The notes under the pieces: generated by a model
Told to the model about the DNA's origin: nothing
Seen by the model: only the letters and a program-made list of their open reading frames with translations
Database searches by the model: none
In this document: positions 56,303-64,000 of the stretch, piece by piece
How the letters are laid out: each line of letters starts with the position of its first letter
Position numbering within the stretch: the stretch's first letter is position 1
Program-made: the position numbers and the translations under genes
Assembly: GCA_964448115.1 (NCBI GenBank)
Contig: CAYUVA010000008.1
Span: 1-64,000, forward strand
Reading direction: 5' to 3'
Origin: an uncultured bacterium
Lineage (GTDB): Bacteria; CAYUVA01
Length of the DNA stretch: 64,000 bases

Positions 56303-57754
56303 ATGTCCACAAAAATATTACTAGTCTATCCTAATATTAAAATACTATTACCATATTCTTTTCCAACAGATCTAGGAGCGTTAAGCTCCTACCTAAAGAG
56401 GGAAGGCTACGAAACTAAGATACATATAGTAAACAATCTCAGGGGTATTGGCAAACTAAAGCAGGTACTTCTTGACTTCAATCCTGATATTGTAGGATTT
56501 ACAGCTATCTACTCGCAGATTCAACATGTCTTTGAGATGGCTGGTATAGTAAAAGCCTGGAAAAATGTACCGATAATAGTAGGTGGAAAACATGCTACAC
56601 TTGTACCTGATAAGGTGATTTGGCATCAGAATGTTGATGCTATATGCGTAGGAGAAGGAGAACTTACTTTTCATGAATTTATTCAGGCTGTAGAATCGGG
56701 CAGTAACTTCAAGGGGATCGGAAACCTATGGTATAAACAAGGGGATGAAGTAATCAAGAATCCTCCTCGACCTTATATACAGGATTTGGATTCACTACCT
56801 TTCTGGGATTTCGAGGCTGTAGATTACCAGGACATCATCACTCGCCAGATGAATACTACTTTAGCCCTTGCTGGTAGAGGAATTTGCGCCTGGAAATGCA
56901 CATTCTGCGGGGTGCCTAACCAAGCTAAGTGCGGTATTGGAAGATTCACTCGCTATCGAAGCGTTGAGCATCTTTTAGGAGAAATAGAATGGCTAACGAA
57001 AAAATACAATTTCAAGTACATATATTTTCGAGATGATACATTTACCTTGAATCGCAAGTGGACAATGGGGTTCGCCACTGAGTATCCCAAGCACTTTAAA
57101 TATCCTTTCGAGTTTCTCACCCGCGCTGATTGTCTGGACAAGGAGCTAATGGATGCCCTCAAAGAGGCTGGATGTGAATGTATCTGGCTGGGAGCCGATT
57201 GTGGAAATGATTGGCTGCGGGAGGAAGTTCTGCGAAAGGACATTGATAATGAAGTACTTATTGAAACTGCCTTGTATCTGCATAAGATAGGGATTAAGCC
57301 GCTTATTACCAACATGATCGGGTTACCTTATGAAACACCTAAGATGTTAATGGATACAATTGAGTTGAATCGTAAGATCTACGGGGAATTCCCCTCAGTA
57401 TCGAGATTTTGGGGTTTATGTCCAGCAGTATTTGTCTTTGGGCCATTCCCCGGATCCGATCTTTACGAGGTTTGTGAAAAGGAGGGCTGGATTAGAAACT
57501 TACCTAGAGATTACAATACTTATGCAGAATCTTATATTGAGATGCCACAGTTTTCCAGAAAGGAAATTTACAAATGGTGGTGTAAGTTTCGCTATCTGGT
57601 TTACAAAGATTCTCATCCAGGTTGGGCTTTTTGGTGCTTTATAAAAGATCACTTCCGACATTATATATCCCCGCGTTTTTACCCCTTCGAGGGTCTGGTC
57701 AGGAGATTCGAGTATATTCTATCCGATCGACAAGGTAGAAAATTCTGGTTATAG
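56303..57754 (+). CDS. Cobalamin-binding radical SAM protein
   Basis: KILLVYP, GG.HAT, GEGE, DLDSLPF, RGICAWKCTFC, RDDTF, MIGLP.ET, PFPGS.LY. Confidence 0.9.
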   Translation: MSTKILLVYPNIKILLPYSFPTDLGALSSYLKREGYETKIHIVNNLRGIGKLKQVLLDFNPDIVGFTAIYSQIQHVFEMAGIVKAWKNVPIIVGGKHATLVPDKVIWHQNVDAICVGEGELTFHEFIQAVESGSNFKGIGNLWYKQGDEVIKNPPRPYIQDLDSLPFWDFEAVDYQDIITRQMNTTLALAGRGICAWKCTFCGVPNQAKCGIGRFTRYRSVEHLLGEIEWLTKKYNFKYIYFRDDTFTLNRKWTMGFATEYPKHFKYPFEFLTRADCLDKELMDALKEAGCECIWLGADCGNDWLREEVLRKDIDNEVLIETALYLHKIGIKPLITNMIGLPYETPKMLMDTIELNRKIYGEFPSVSRFWGLCPAVFVFGPFPGSDLYEVCEKEGWIRNLPRDYNTYAESYIEMPQFSRKEIYKWWCKFRYLVYKDSHPGWAFWCFIKDHFRHYISPRFYPFEGLVRRFEYILSDRQGRKFWL

Positions 57755-57938
57755 TTTAAGCAATTTCGCACTTATTCCCCTTTTTATTGAAGTTCAAGTA
57801 GTTTATTTTCAGAGCTTGACATTTTATCGATTTGATATAGTATTGCTTATGCTACAGCCAAAAGCTGCAAGATATGATGGGAAAACACTATGAAATTAAG
57901 GCTTGTTGTATGTTCGATAAGAAAGGAGAACTAGTTCT

Positions 57939-58547
57939 ATGACGAAAAAAACAAGCGTACTGTTTCTAATCTTGGCACTGTTAGCATGTGCCTCCTTCAT
58001 GCTGTTTGTAGCATGCGAGGATGATGACGATGATGATGGCGAGGCGACAGCCACACCGACGCCGGCCCAACCTACGCCAACCCCAACACCAGAGGGACCA
58101 ACGCCAACACCGGGACCTGGAGATAATATCACCGGCTGTTACGACCTGGTTATTGCAGTAACAAGCTGCACCGGTGAGCCTGAATCAACCTGTTCCATGA
58201 TCCCAACACTCGCCAGCCAGATTACGGGCTTAGTCGAGCTTATCCATAATGAGGACGACACCATCGATGGAACAGTCCAGATCGTCTTCATGGGATCCTG
58301 TTACAAATACTCGGGTACAGGAACCTACAGCGATGGAACCATGACCTTCGAGACCACGGTTGTGATCGAGGATCTCGGCATTACACTGGAGGTCGCTATC
58401 ACCGCAACGGTCAGCGGAGACACAATCAACGGTACGGTTGCGGTTCATGGCTTTGGATCCTTTGCTGGCACAGAGTTCGATTGCACTTGCGAGGGCACCT
58501 ACACATCGACCAAGATCGGCGATCCACCCTGCGACTTTGAATGCTAA
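57939..58547 (+). CDS. Cys-rich lipoprotein, paralog 1
   Basis: FVAC lipobox + poly-Asp + PT linker + beta-rich domain with 8 Cys ending PPCDFEC; AAGGAG RBS. Confidence 0.8.
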   Translation: MTKKTSVLFLILALLACASFMLFVACEDDDDDDGEATATPTPAQPTPTPTPEGPTPTPGPGDNITGCYDLVIAVTSCTGEPESTCSMIPTLASQITGLVELIHNEDDTIDGTVQIVFMGSCYKYSGTGTYSDGTMTFETTVVIEDLGITLEVAITATVSGDTINGTVAVHGFGSFAGTEFDCTCEGTYTSTKIGDPPCDFEC

Positions 58548-58582
58548 TAAGCATCATCGTTATCTAGAGAAAAGACAACTTC

Positions 58583-58624
58583 AACGCCCCGATCCAATCC
58601 CAGAGGTTAATCGGGGCGTTTTTT
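58583..58624 (+). terminator. Probable rho-independent terminator
   Basis: AACGCCCCGAT...ATCGGGGCGTT followed by a T tract (long loop). Confidence 0.65.
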
Positions 58625-58703
58625 AAGGCTTGGTTGACTTTCTTTTAGGGGAGATGTAAAGTCTTGACCATAGCAGAACCTTAATGGAAGGAGGTTAGTA
58701 ACA

Positions 58704-59318
58704 ATGAATGGAAAGATATGTGCGTTATTGATGATCTTGGCTTTAGTGGTTTGTGCCTCATTTATGCTTTTTACGGCATGTGATGATGACGATGACAATG
58801 GCGATGCGACCGTAACCCCAACCCCATCTCCGACAGAAGGACCCAGCCCGACCCCAACCGCCACTGGGCAACCGGAAAAAATTACCGGCTGCTACGACAC
58901 CCTCATATCCATTACAACCTGTACTGGTGAGCCTGAAGATACCTGCAGCATGATCCCGACATTAGCAGGGAGTGTTCCCGCACTAGTGGAGCTGATCCAC
59001 AATGAGGACGACACTATCGATGGTACAGTCCAGATCATCTTCATGGGATCCTGCTATAAATACTCAGGCACAGGAACCTACAGCGAAGGAACCATGACCT
59101 TCGAGACCACGGTTGTCATCGAAGACTTGGGAATCACACTGGAGATATCTATAACAGCTAATGTTGATATCGATCAGGATACTGGCGATATCAACATCAA
59201 CGGTACGGTACATGTTCACGCTTTTGGATCCTTTGCCGGCACTGAGTTTGATTGCACTTGCGAAGGCACCTACACATCGACCAAGATCGGCGAGCCACCC
59301 TGCGACTTCGAGTGCTAA
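58704..59318 (+). CDS. Cys-rich lipoprotein, paralog 2
   Basis: FTAC lipobox; near-identical to 57939-58547 over most of the domain. Confidence 0.8.
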   Translation: MNGKICALLMILALVVCASFMLFTACDDDDDNGDATVTPTPSPTEGPSPTPTATGQPEKITGCYDTLISITTCTGEPEDTCSMIPTLAGSVPALVELIHNEDDTIDGTVQIIFMGSCYKYSGTGTYSEGTMTFETTVVIEDLGITLEISITANVDIDQDTGDININGTVHVHAFGSFAGTEFDCTCEGTYTSTKIGEPPCDFEC

Positions 59319-59347
59319 AAAGATTGCTACATTTTTAACTCAATAAC

Positions 59348-59390
59348 TGCGTATCCTTTTGAGTTATTATATTCAGAAGGATACGCATTT
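59348..59390 (+). terminator. Hairpin, probable terminator
   Basis: TGCGTATCCTTTTGAG...TTCAGAAGGATACGCA followed by TTT. Confidence 0.55.
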
Positions 59391-59397
59391 CCTTACA

Positions 59398-59426
59398 TTG
59401 ACAACCTGCTTATTGCTTCATAAAAT
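59398..59426 (+). promoter_or_regulatory. Sigma70-type promoter of the acyl-CoA ligase gene
   Basis: TTGACA, 17 bp, TAAAAT. Confidence 0.65.
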
Positions 59427-59487
59427 TCAATTGCATGTAAGGAGCCAGGGATCTTTAAATAATAACCATAGAGGGAGATAGACGGAA

Positions 59488-61329
59488 ATGGGTACCGTGC
59501 CGAATACCATCACCGCCATGTTCTATAAGCAGGCGCAGAAGTACGGGGATCGCACCTGCCTTATGCACAAGGTGGCGGGTTCATACCGCAGTATTAGTTG
59601 GAACGAGTATCGGAATAAAGCAAGGAAGATCGCCAAAGCCCTGCTTTCTTGGGGTATAGATGTCCAGAATCTGGATGGTCTAACCGTCGGGGATAGGGTT
59701 GCCATCATGTCCAAGACCTGCGCTGAATGGGTGCTGGTAGATATGGGCATCCTAAGTGCCGGCGGGGTCGATGTCCCATTGTATGATACCCTCACCGCCA
59801 GCCAGGCAAAGTACATCATCGAGAACTCGGATTCAAAGTATATCTTTGTACAGGACGATGAGCAGCTAAAAAAGATCCTTCAAGTCTGGGACAAACTCCC
59901 TGAGTTGAAAAGGATCGTGGTTTTTCATAATCAGGATCCCTCGCTATTGAAGGAAAATATTCATACCCTCGAGGATGTCTATCAGATCGGCGAAGAGGCG
60001 GATACAGAAAGGCTTTTAGATGATCGCCTGCCACAAATAGAGAAAGATGACCTTGCAACAATCATCTACACCTCTGGCACTACCGGACCCCCTAAAGGTG
60101 TTATGCTCACCCATCATAACCTTATGTCGAATGTTCAGTCTGTGCTGTCGGTTATCCCCCTCAGCGAAGACGATGTCGCCTTGTCTTTTTTGCCTTTGAG
60201 TCACTCTCTGGAGAGAATGGCGGGCTACTATACCATTCTGTCAGCCGGCGCTACCATCGCTTATGCAGAGAGCATGGATACAATCCCGCAGAATATGATG
60301 GAAGTCAGCCCTACGGTCATGGTGAGCGTACCTAGGCTGTATGAGAAGATGTACGCACGGATACTCGCCGGGGTGGAGGCTGGACCCCCAATAAGAAAGA
60401 AGCTCTTCAATTGGGCTATCGGGGCAGGCAGGGAGTACTACTTCTCCAAGCATTACGGCAAGCCGATCTCCTTCTCCACCAACCTGCAGGTGAAATTGGC
60501 AGAGAAACTGGTCTTCTCCAAGGTGGCGAAGCGCACCGGCGGTCGCCTCAAGTACTTCGTATCCGGCGGAGCACCCCTGGCAAAGGAGATCGCCGAGTTC
60601 TTCATGGCAGCCGGCATGTACATTCTCGAAGGATATGGACTCACCGAGACCTCACCAGTAACCAACGCAAATACCTTTACCCACCTCAAGTTCGGCACTG
60701 TTGGAAAAAGCATACCAGGTGTTACGGTAAAGATCGCCCCTGACGGCGAGATCCTGGTAAAGGGACCAAATGTTATGAAGGGTTATTGGAAGAATCCAGA
60801 AGCCACCGCAGAGGTTATCGATAAAGATGGCTGGTTCCATACAGGTGATATAGGCGAAATAGACGACGAGGGTTTTTTACGAATAACCGATCGCAAGAAA
60901 GAGCTTATCGTAATGTCCAACGGCAAGAATGTTGCCCCGGCGTTGATTGAAAACGCACTCAAGAACGGTAGGTTTATCAGCATGGCAATGGTTATCGGCG
61001 ACAACCGCAAGTTCATAAGCGCACTTGTAGCACCCGACTTCGAGCAACTTGAAGCCTGGGCTAAGGAGAATGGCATCGATATAAGCGACCGCACGCTGCT
61101 GCTGCATAATGAGTCTGTGGTCAGGATGATGCAGGAACATATCGACCAGCTTACCCAGGACTTTGCTCGTTACGAGAAGATAAAGAAATTCACCCTGATA
61201 GACCGCGATTTCCTGCAGGATCTCGATGAACTGACTCCCACGCTGAAGCTAAAACGGCGCAATATCATGAAGCACTTCGAGAAGGAGATCGAGGCAATGT
61301 ATTCCACCGAAAAGCTCGAAGAAGAATAG
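59488..61329 (+). CDS. fadD: Long-chain fatty acid--CoA ligase (FadD15/FAA1-type)
   Basis: YTSGTTGPPKG, LPLSH..ER, SGGAPL, EGYGLTET, GW.HTGD.G, ITDRKK, GKNVAP, LTPTLKLKR. Confidence 0.92.
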   Translation: MGTVPNTITAMFYKQAQKYGDRTCLMHKVAGSYRSISWNEYRNKARKIAKALLSWGIDVQNLDGLTVGDRVAIMSKTCAEWVLVDMGILSAGGVDVPLYDTLTASQAKYIIENSDSKYIFVQDDEQLKKILQVWDKLPELKRIVVFHNQDPSLLKENIHTLEDVYQIGEEADTERLLDDRLPQIEKDDLATIIYTSGTTGPPKGVMLTHHNLMSNVQSVLSVIPLSEDDVALSFLPLSHSLERMAGYYTILSAGATIAYAESMDTIPQNMMEVSPTVMVSVPRLYEKMYARILAGVEAGPPIRKKLFNWAIGAGREYYFSKHYGKPISFSTNLQVKLAEKLVFSKVAKRTGGRLKYFVSGGAPLAKEIAEFFMAAGMYILEGYGLTETSPVTNANTFTHLKFGTVGKSIPGVTVKIAPDGEILVKGPNVMKGYWKNPEATAEVIDKDGWFHTGDIGEIDDEGFLRITDRKKELIVMSNGKNVAPALIENALKNGRFISMAMVIGDNRKFISALVAPDFEQLEAWAKENGIDISDRTLLLHNESVVRMMQEHIDQLTQDFARYEKIKKFTLIDRDFLQDLDELTPTLKLKRRNIMKHFEKEIEAMYSTEKLEEE

Positions 61330-61350
61330 GAGATCCTCTCTCATTTATCG

Positions 61351-62322
61351 ATGAAACAGAGAGATCTGAGCCTTTTTTACTATAAACTGCACCAATACCT
61401 TGTCTCTGGCATACCCCCGCTAACTTTCCTTCGGATGCTTGGCGAGCAAAGCAGGTTGAAGGGAATGAAAAGAGAGCTACAGAAGATGCACAATAGCGTA
61501 TCGAAGGGCAAATCTTTCCATGAGGCTGCTGCCAGTGCCCCTTTGCTTTTCCCCGGATATTATCTACCACTTATTAAATTGGGCGAAAATACAGGTCAGC
61601 TCGATAAGGTTTTCTTAATGGTACACCAGGATATCCAAAGGGATATAACTCTGCGTGATTTGACATTAAAATCGCTTGCTTATCCGGTATTTCTAATCCT
61701 TTTCGCATTAGTTGTTGTTCCACTGAAACTTGTATTCACCGAGGGGCTGGAGCGATATCTCAGCACGGTTCTCCCCATGGTGCTGGGAGTGCTAGTCATC
61801 ATCGCCGTTTTTCGATTGCTATTCTCAAATCCAAGCGCTTCTACTCCACTAGCTCGCATGGTTCACGAGATCCAGATAAAACTCCCTTTCTTGGGCAGTT
61901 TGATCTCCAAACTGGCTGTATCGAGATTCTGTTTTACACTGGGGATGGCCATTGAGGCTGGTGCTGGGATCATGGATGGAGTCGAGATGGCTGCGGCATC
62001 GATGAAGAACCTGGCTATGCGGGCTAGGTTTACCAAGATATCCGAGAGCCTGCGCGCTTCGAGGGGATCGTTAACCGACTCGGCTAAGGATGTTCTTACT
62101 CATTATCCTATCGCTTATGAGATGCTCGTTACCGGTGAGGCATCAGGTCGGCTGCCGGAGATGATGCACAAGGCTGGAGTACTGATGATGCAGGAAACAG
62201 AGGATATGATCAAGGATAGGCTGAAGATACTCGGTTTGCTCGCATTCCTGATGGTAGCTGCTTACATCGCCTATATCGTGATAAGCAGCTACGCAGCCTA
62301 CTACCAAGGACTACCTTACTAG
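61351..62322 (+). CDS. Type II secretion system F / PilC-family protein
   Basis: SGIP, GE.TG.LD, LAYP, KLP.LG, GE.SG.L; two T2SSF repeats. Confidence 0.85.
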   Translation: MKQRDLSLFYYKLHQYLVSGIPPLTFLRMLGEQSRLKGMKRELQKMHNSVSKGKSFHEAAASAPLLFPGYYLPLIKLGENTGQLDKVFLMVHQDIQRDITLRDLTLKSLAYPVFLILFALVVVPLKLVFTEGLERYLSTVLPMVLGVLVIIAVFRLLFSNPSASTPLARMVHEIQIKLPFLGSLISKLAVSRFCFTLGMAIEAGAGIMDGVEMAAASMKNLAMRARFTKISESLRASRGSLTDSAKDVLTHYPIAYEMLVTGEASGRLPEMMHKAGVLMMQETEDMIKDRLKILGLLAFLMVAAYIAYIVISSYAAYYQGLPY

Positions 62323-62404
62323 TTTTCCCATAGGCTCGGTTATTTTTTATAGGGAGTATAATGATGGCTGCCAGGGGTTGACAATTAAAATGTTGTTTAA
62401 TTAT

Positions 62405-62433
62405 TTGACTTTTCACCGTTCGCATGATATATT
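62405..62433 (+). promoter_or_regulatory. Sigma70-type promoter of the PP2C gene
   Basis: TTGACT, 17 bp, TATATT with an extended -10 TG. Confidence 0.5.
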
Positions 62434-62452
62434 TAAAATAAGAAGTAAGCGG

Positions 62453-63202
62453 ATGAATGTAACCTACACAGCCCTCACCGATATCGGCAGAGTAAGGAGT
62501 ATCAACGAGGACGCATTTCTTGTCGAGCCGGAGCTGAACCTTTTCGTTGTCGCAGATGGGATGGGGGGGCACGCTGCCGGCGATGTGGCAAGTAAACTGG
62601 CGCTCAAATCACTAGTCCGCTCATATCGTGCTCAGCTAGTTGCACTAAAAAAAGCAGCAAAACAAAGGACAGCCGATCATGTCCTGCGAAGAGCTATAAA
62701 TACAGCCAATCGAAAGGTCTTTAACCAGTCGAATGCAAAATCGCACTTAAATGGCATGGGTACTACCATAGTCGGGATTTTGCTCCAAGACTCGACAGCC
62801 TTCATATTCCATGTCGGCGACAGCAGGGCATACCTTATCAGGCAGGATGAGATCGAGCTGTTAACCAGCGATCACTCCTGGGTCAATATGCAGGTAAAGC
62901 AGGGTAAATTAAACGAAGAGGATGCCAGGCACCATCCGCTGAAAAATGTCATTACCAAAGCGCTGGGAATTCATAAAAAGGTAGAACCGGATATCGAGAT
63001 GCGATCCATCAAATCAGGCGATATCATTCTTCTATGCAGCGATGGCATCAACAATATGCTTGAAGATAATGAGATCCTGGGCATCATCATTGATTCATCG
63101 GGTCTCGATGCCGCTGCGGGGAGGCTTATCGAGACTGCCAACAATCGCGGTGGTGATGATAATTCTACTGTGTTGCTGGTCAAGGTTCATGATTCAGGTT
63201 GA
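62453..63202 (+). CDS. PP2C-type Ser/Thr phosphatase (Stp1/PrpC family)
   Basis: TDIGRVR..NED, VADGMGGH.AG, GMGTT, HVGDSRAY, DHS, LCSDG, GG.DN; ATG 62453. Confidence 0.95.
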   Translation: MNVTYTALTDIGRVRSINEDAFLVEPELNLFVVADGMGGHAAGDVASKLALKSLVRSYRAQLVALKKAAKQRTADHVLRRAINTANRKVFNQSNAKSHLNGMGTTIVGILLQDSTAFIFHVGDSRAYLIRQDEIELLTSDHSWVNMQVKQGKLNEEDARHHPLKNVITKALGIHKKVEPDIEMRSIKSGDIILLCSDGINNMLEDNEILGIIIDSSGLDAAAGRLIETANNRGGDDNSTVLLVKVHDSG

Positions 63203-63205
63203 TAG

Positions 63206-64000
63206 TTATGCCTGGTGATTCTTCTGTTCTATCAGGCTATCTATTATAGCAAGGTTCTTGGATAGCGCCCCCAGGTTGCCGACAATGACTTCCTCAGCGC
63301 ACTTTCCGAGTTTCTTTCTTTTTTGCTCATCGCTTAAAAGATCCAGCGCCACCTCGTAGAATTCCTTGTGATCTTTTACCTGCAAGCCGCAGCCAGCATT
63401 AAGCAAAAGATCCCTTCCCTCCTTGAAGTTATTCATAAACGGACCGAAGATGACCGGCTTGCATAAGGCAGCCGGCTCGAAGATATTATGTCCGCCGTGG
63501 GGGATGAGGCTTCCGCCGATAAAGATGATGTCGCCGATGGTGTATAGCGTGGAAAGCTCTCCAATAGTGTCAAGTATGATCACCTCAAGGTCCTTGGAAA
63601 TCTTCCAATCCTCCGGATTGCCCTCCAGTTGGCGGCGTTTTAAGAAGGGGATCTTCTGCTCTGAAAGGTATCTGGCTACCTCATCGACCCTCTCCAGTCG
63701 CCTGGGAGCTATGATCAAAAGTAGTTGAGGGAACTTCCTGCGCAACTTTTGGAATACCTTGATACCGATCTCCTCTTCATTATAGTGGGTGCTTCCCAGG
63801 ATCATAATCAGGCGATCGGCTGGTATCCTCAGCTCTTTTCGCATCTGGTCTCCGTGCTTAAGTCGCTCCCTTGCCTCGGAGACAGCTCGTTCGTACTTAA
63901 GGTTGCCGGTGGTGGTTACTTTCCGGGGATCTGCTCCCAGCTTGACGATCCTCTGAGCATCGAGATCCGATTGCATACAGAAATGTTGGATGTGCCCTAG
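63206..64000 (-). CDS. waaA: 3-deoxy-D-manno-octulosonic acid (Kdo) transferase, 5' part outside the window
   Basis: QS..DA.R, TGNLKY, GSTH..EE, APR..ER, DTIGEL..LY, FIGGSL..GGHN..EPA, GP.M.NF. Confidence 0.92.
   Translation of the reverse strand, partial: LGHIQHFCMQSDLDAQRIVKLGADPRKVTTTGNLKYERAVSEARERLKHGDQMRKELRIPADRLIMILGSTHYNEEEIGIKVFQKLRRKFPQLLLIIAPRRLERVDEVARYLSEQKIPFLKRRQLEGNPEDWKISKDLEVIILDTIGELSTLYTIGDIIFIGGSLIPHGGHNIFEPAALCKPVIFGPFMNNFKEGRDLLLNAGCGLQVKDHKEFYEVALDLLSDEQKRKKLGKCAEEVIVGNLGALSKNLAIIDSLIEQKNHQA

Noticed and set aside
1-64000. CRISPR arrays, tRNA/rRNA genes, integrases or transposases
   Set aside because: None recognised by eye; the repeats found have no repeat-spacer periodicity. 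A tRNAscan/Infernal run would be needed to fully exclude small RNAs.

Overview
Bacterial (diderm, LPS-making: waaA/kdtA) genomic segment, probably from a metagenome scaffold since it has a 10-N gap at 55947-55956. It comes from an anaerobe with dissimilatory sulfur metabolism. The core is a lysS-adjacent cluster sat-aprBA-(two uncharacterised Cys-rich genes)-qmoABC-dsrMK-receiver; dsrAB, dsrC and dsrJOP are not in the window. A second redox operon on the minus strand has Rrf2, a divergent macrodomain, a TmcC/NarI-like membrane protein, a CCG Fe-S protein fused to a receiver domain and a double Cys-PAS histidine kinase, next to a 5'-truncated HmcF/DsrK-like remnant. Other genes: W/Mo aldehyde oxidoreductase, 2-hydroxyacyl-CoA dehydratase plus activator plus Mrp, a ThiF/MoeB-cysteine desulfurase-radical SAM operon, two B12 radical SAMs, a 1723-aa modular secreted protein, duplicated Cys-rich lipoproteins and a secreted caspase-like protease missed by the ORF track. 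The best candidate for an undescribed system is an AT-rich, translationally coupled three-gene island at 36409-39666 with its own promoter (HEPN-like protein, KGGVGR-variant ParA-like ATPase, P-loop NTPase), which looks like a defence/conflict module. Several families of short intergenic repeats occur, and one palindromic repeat appears to be inserted in frame into a radical SAM gene. All calls come from reading motifs by eye; no database searches were run.
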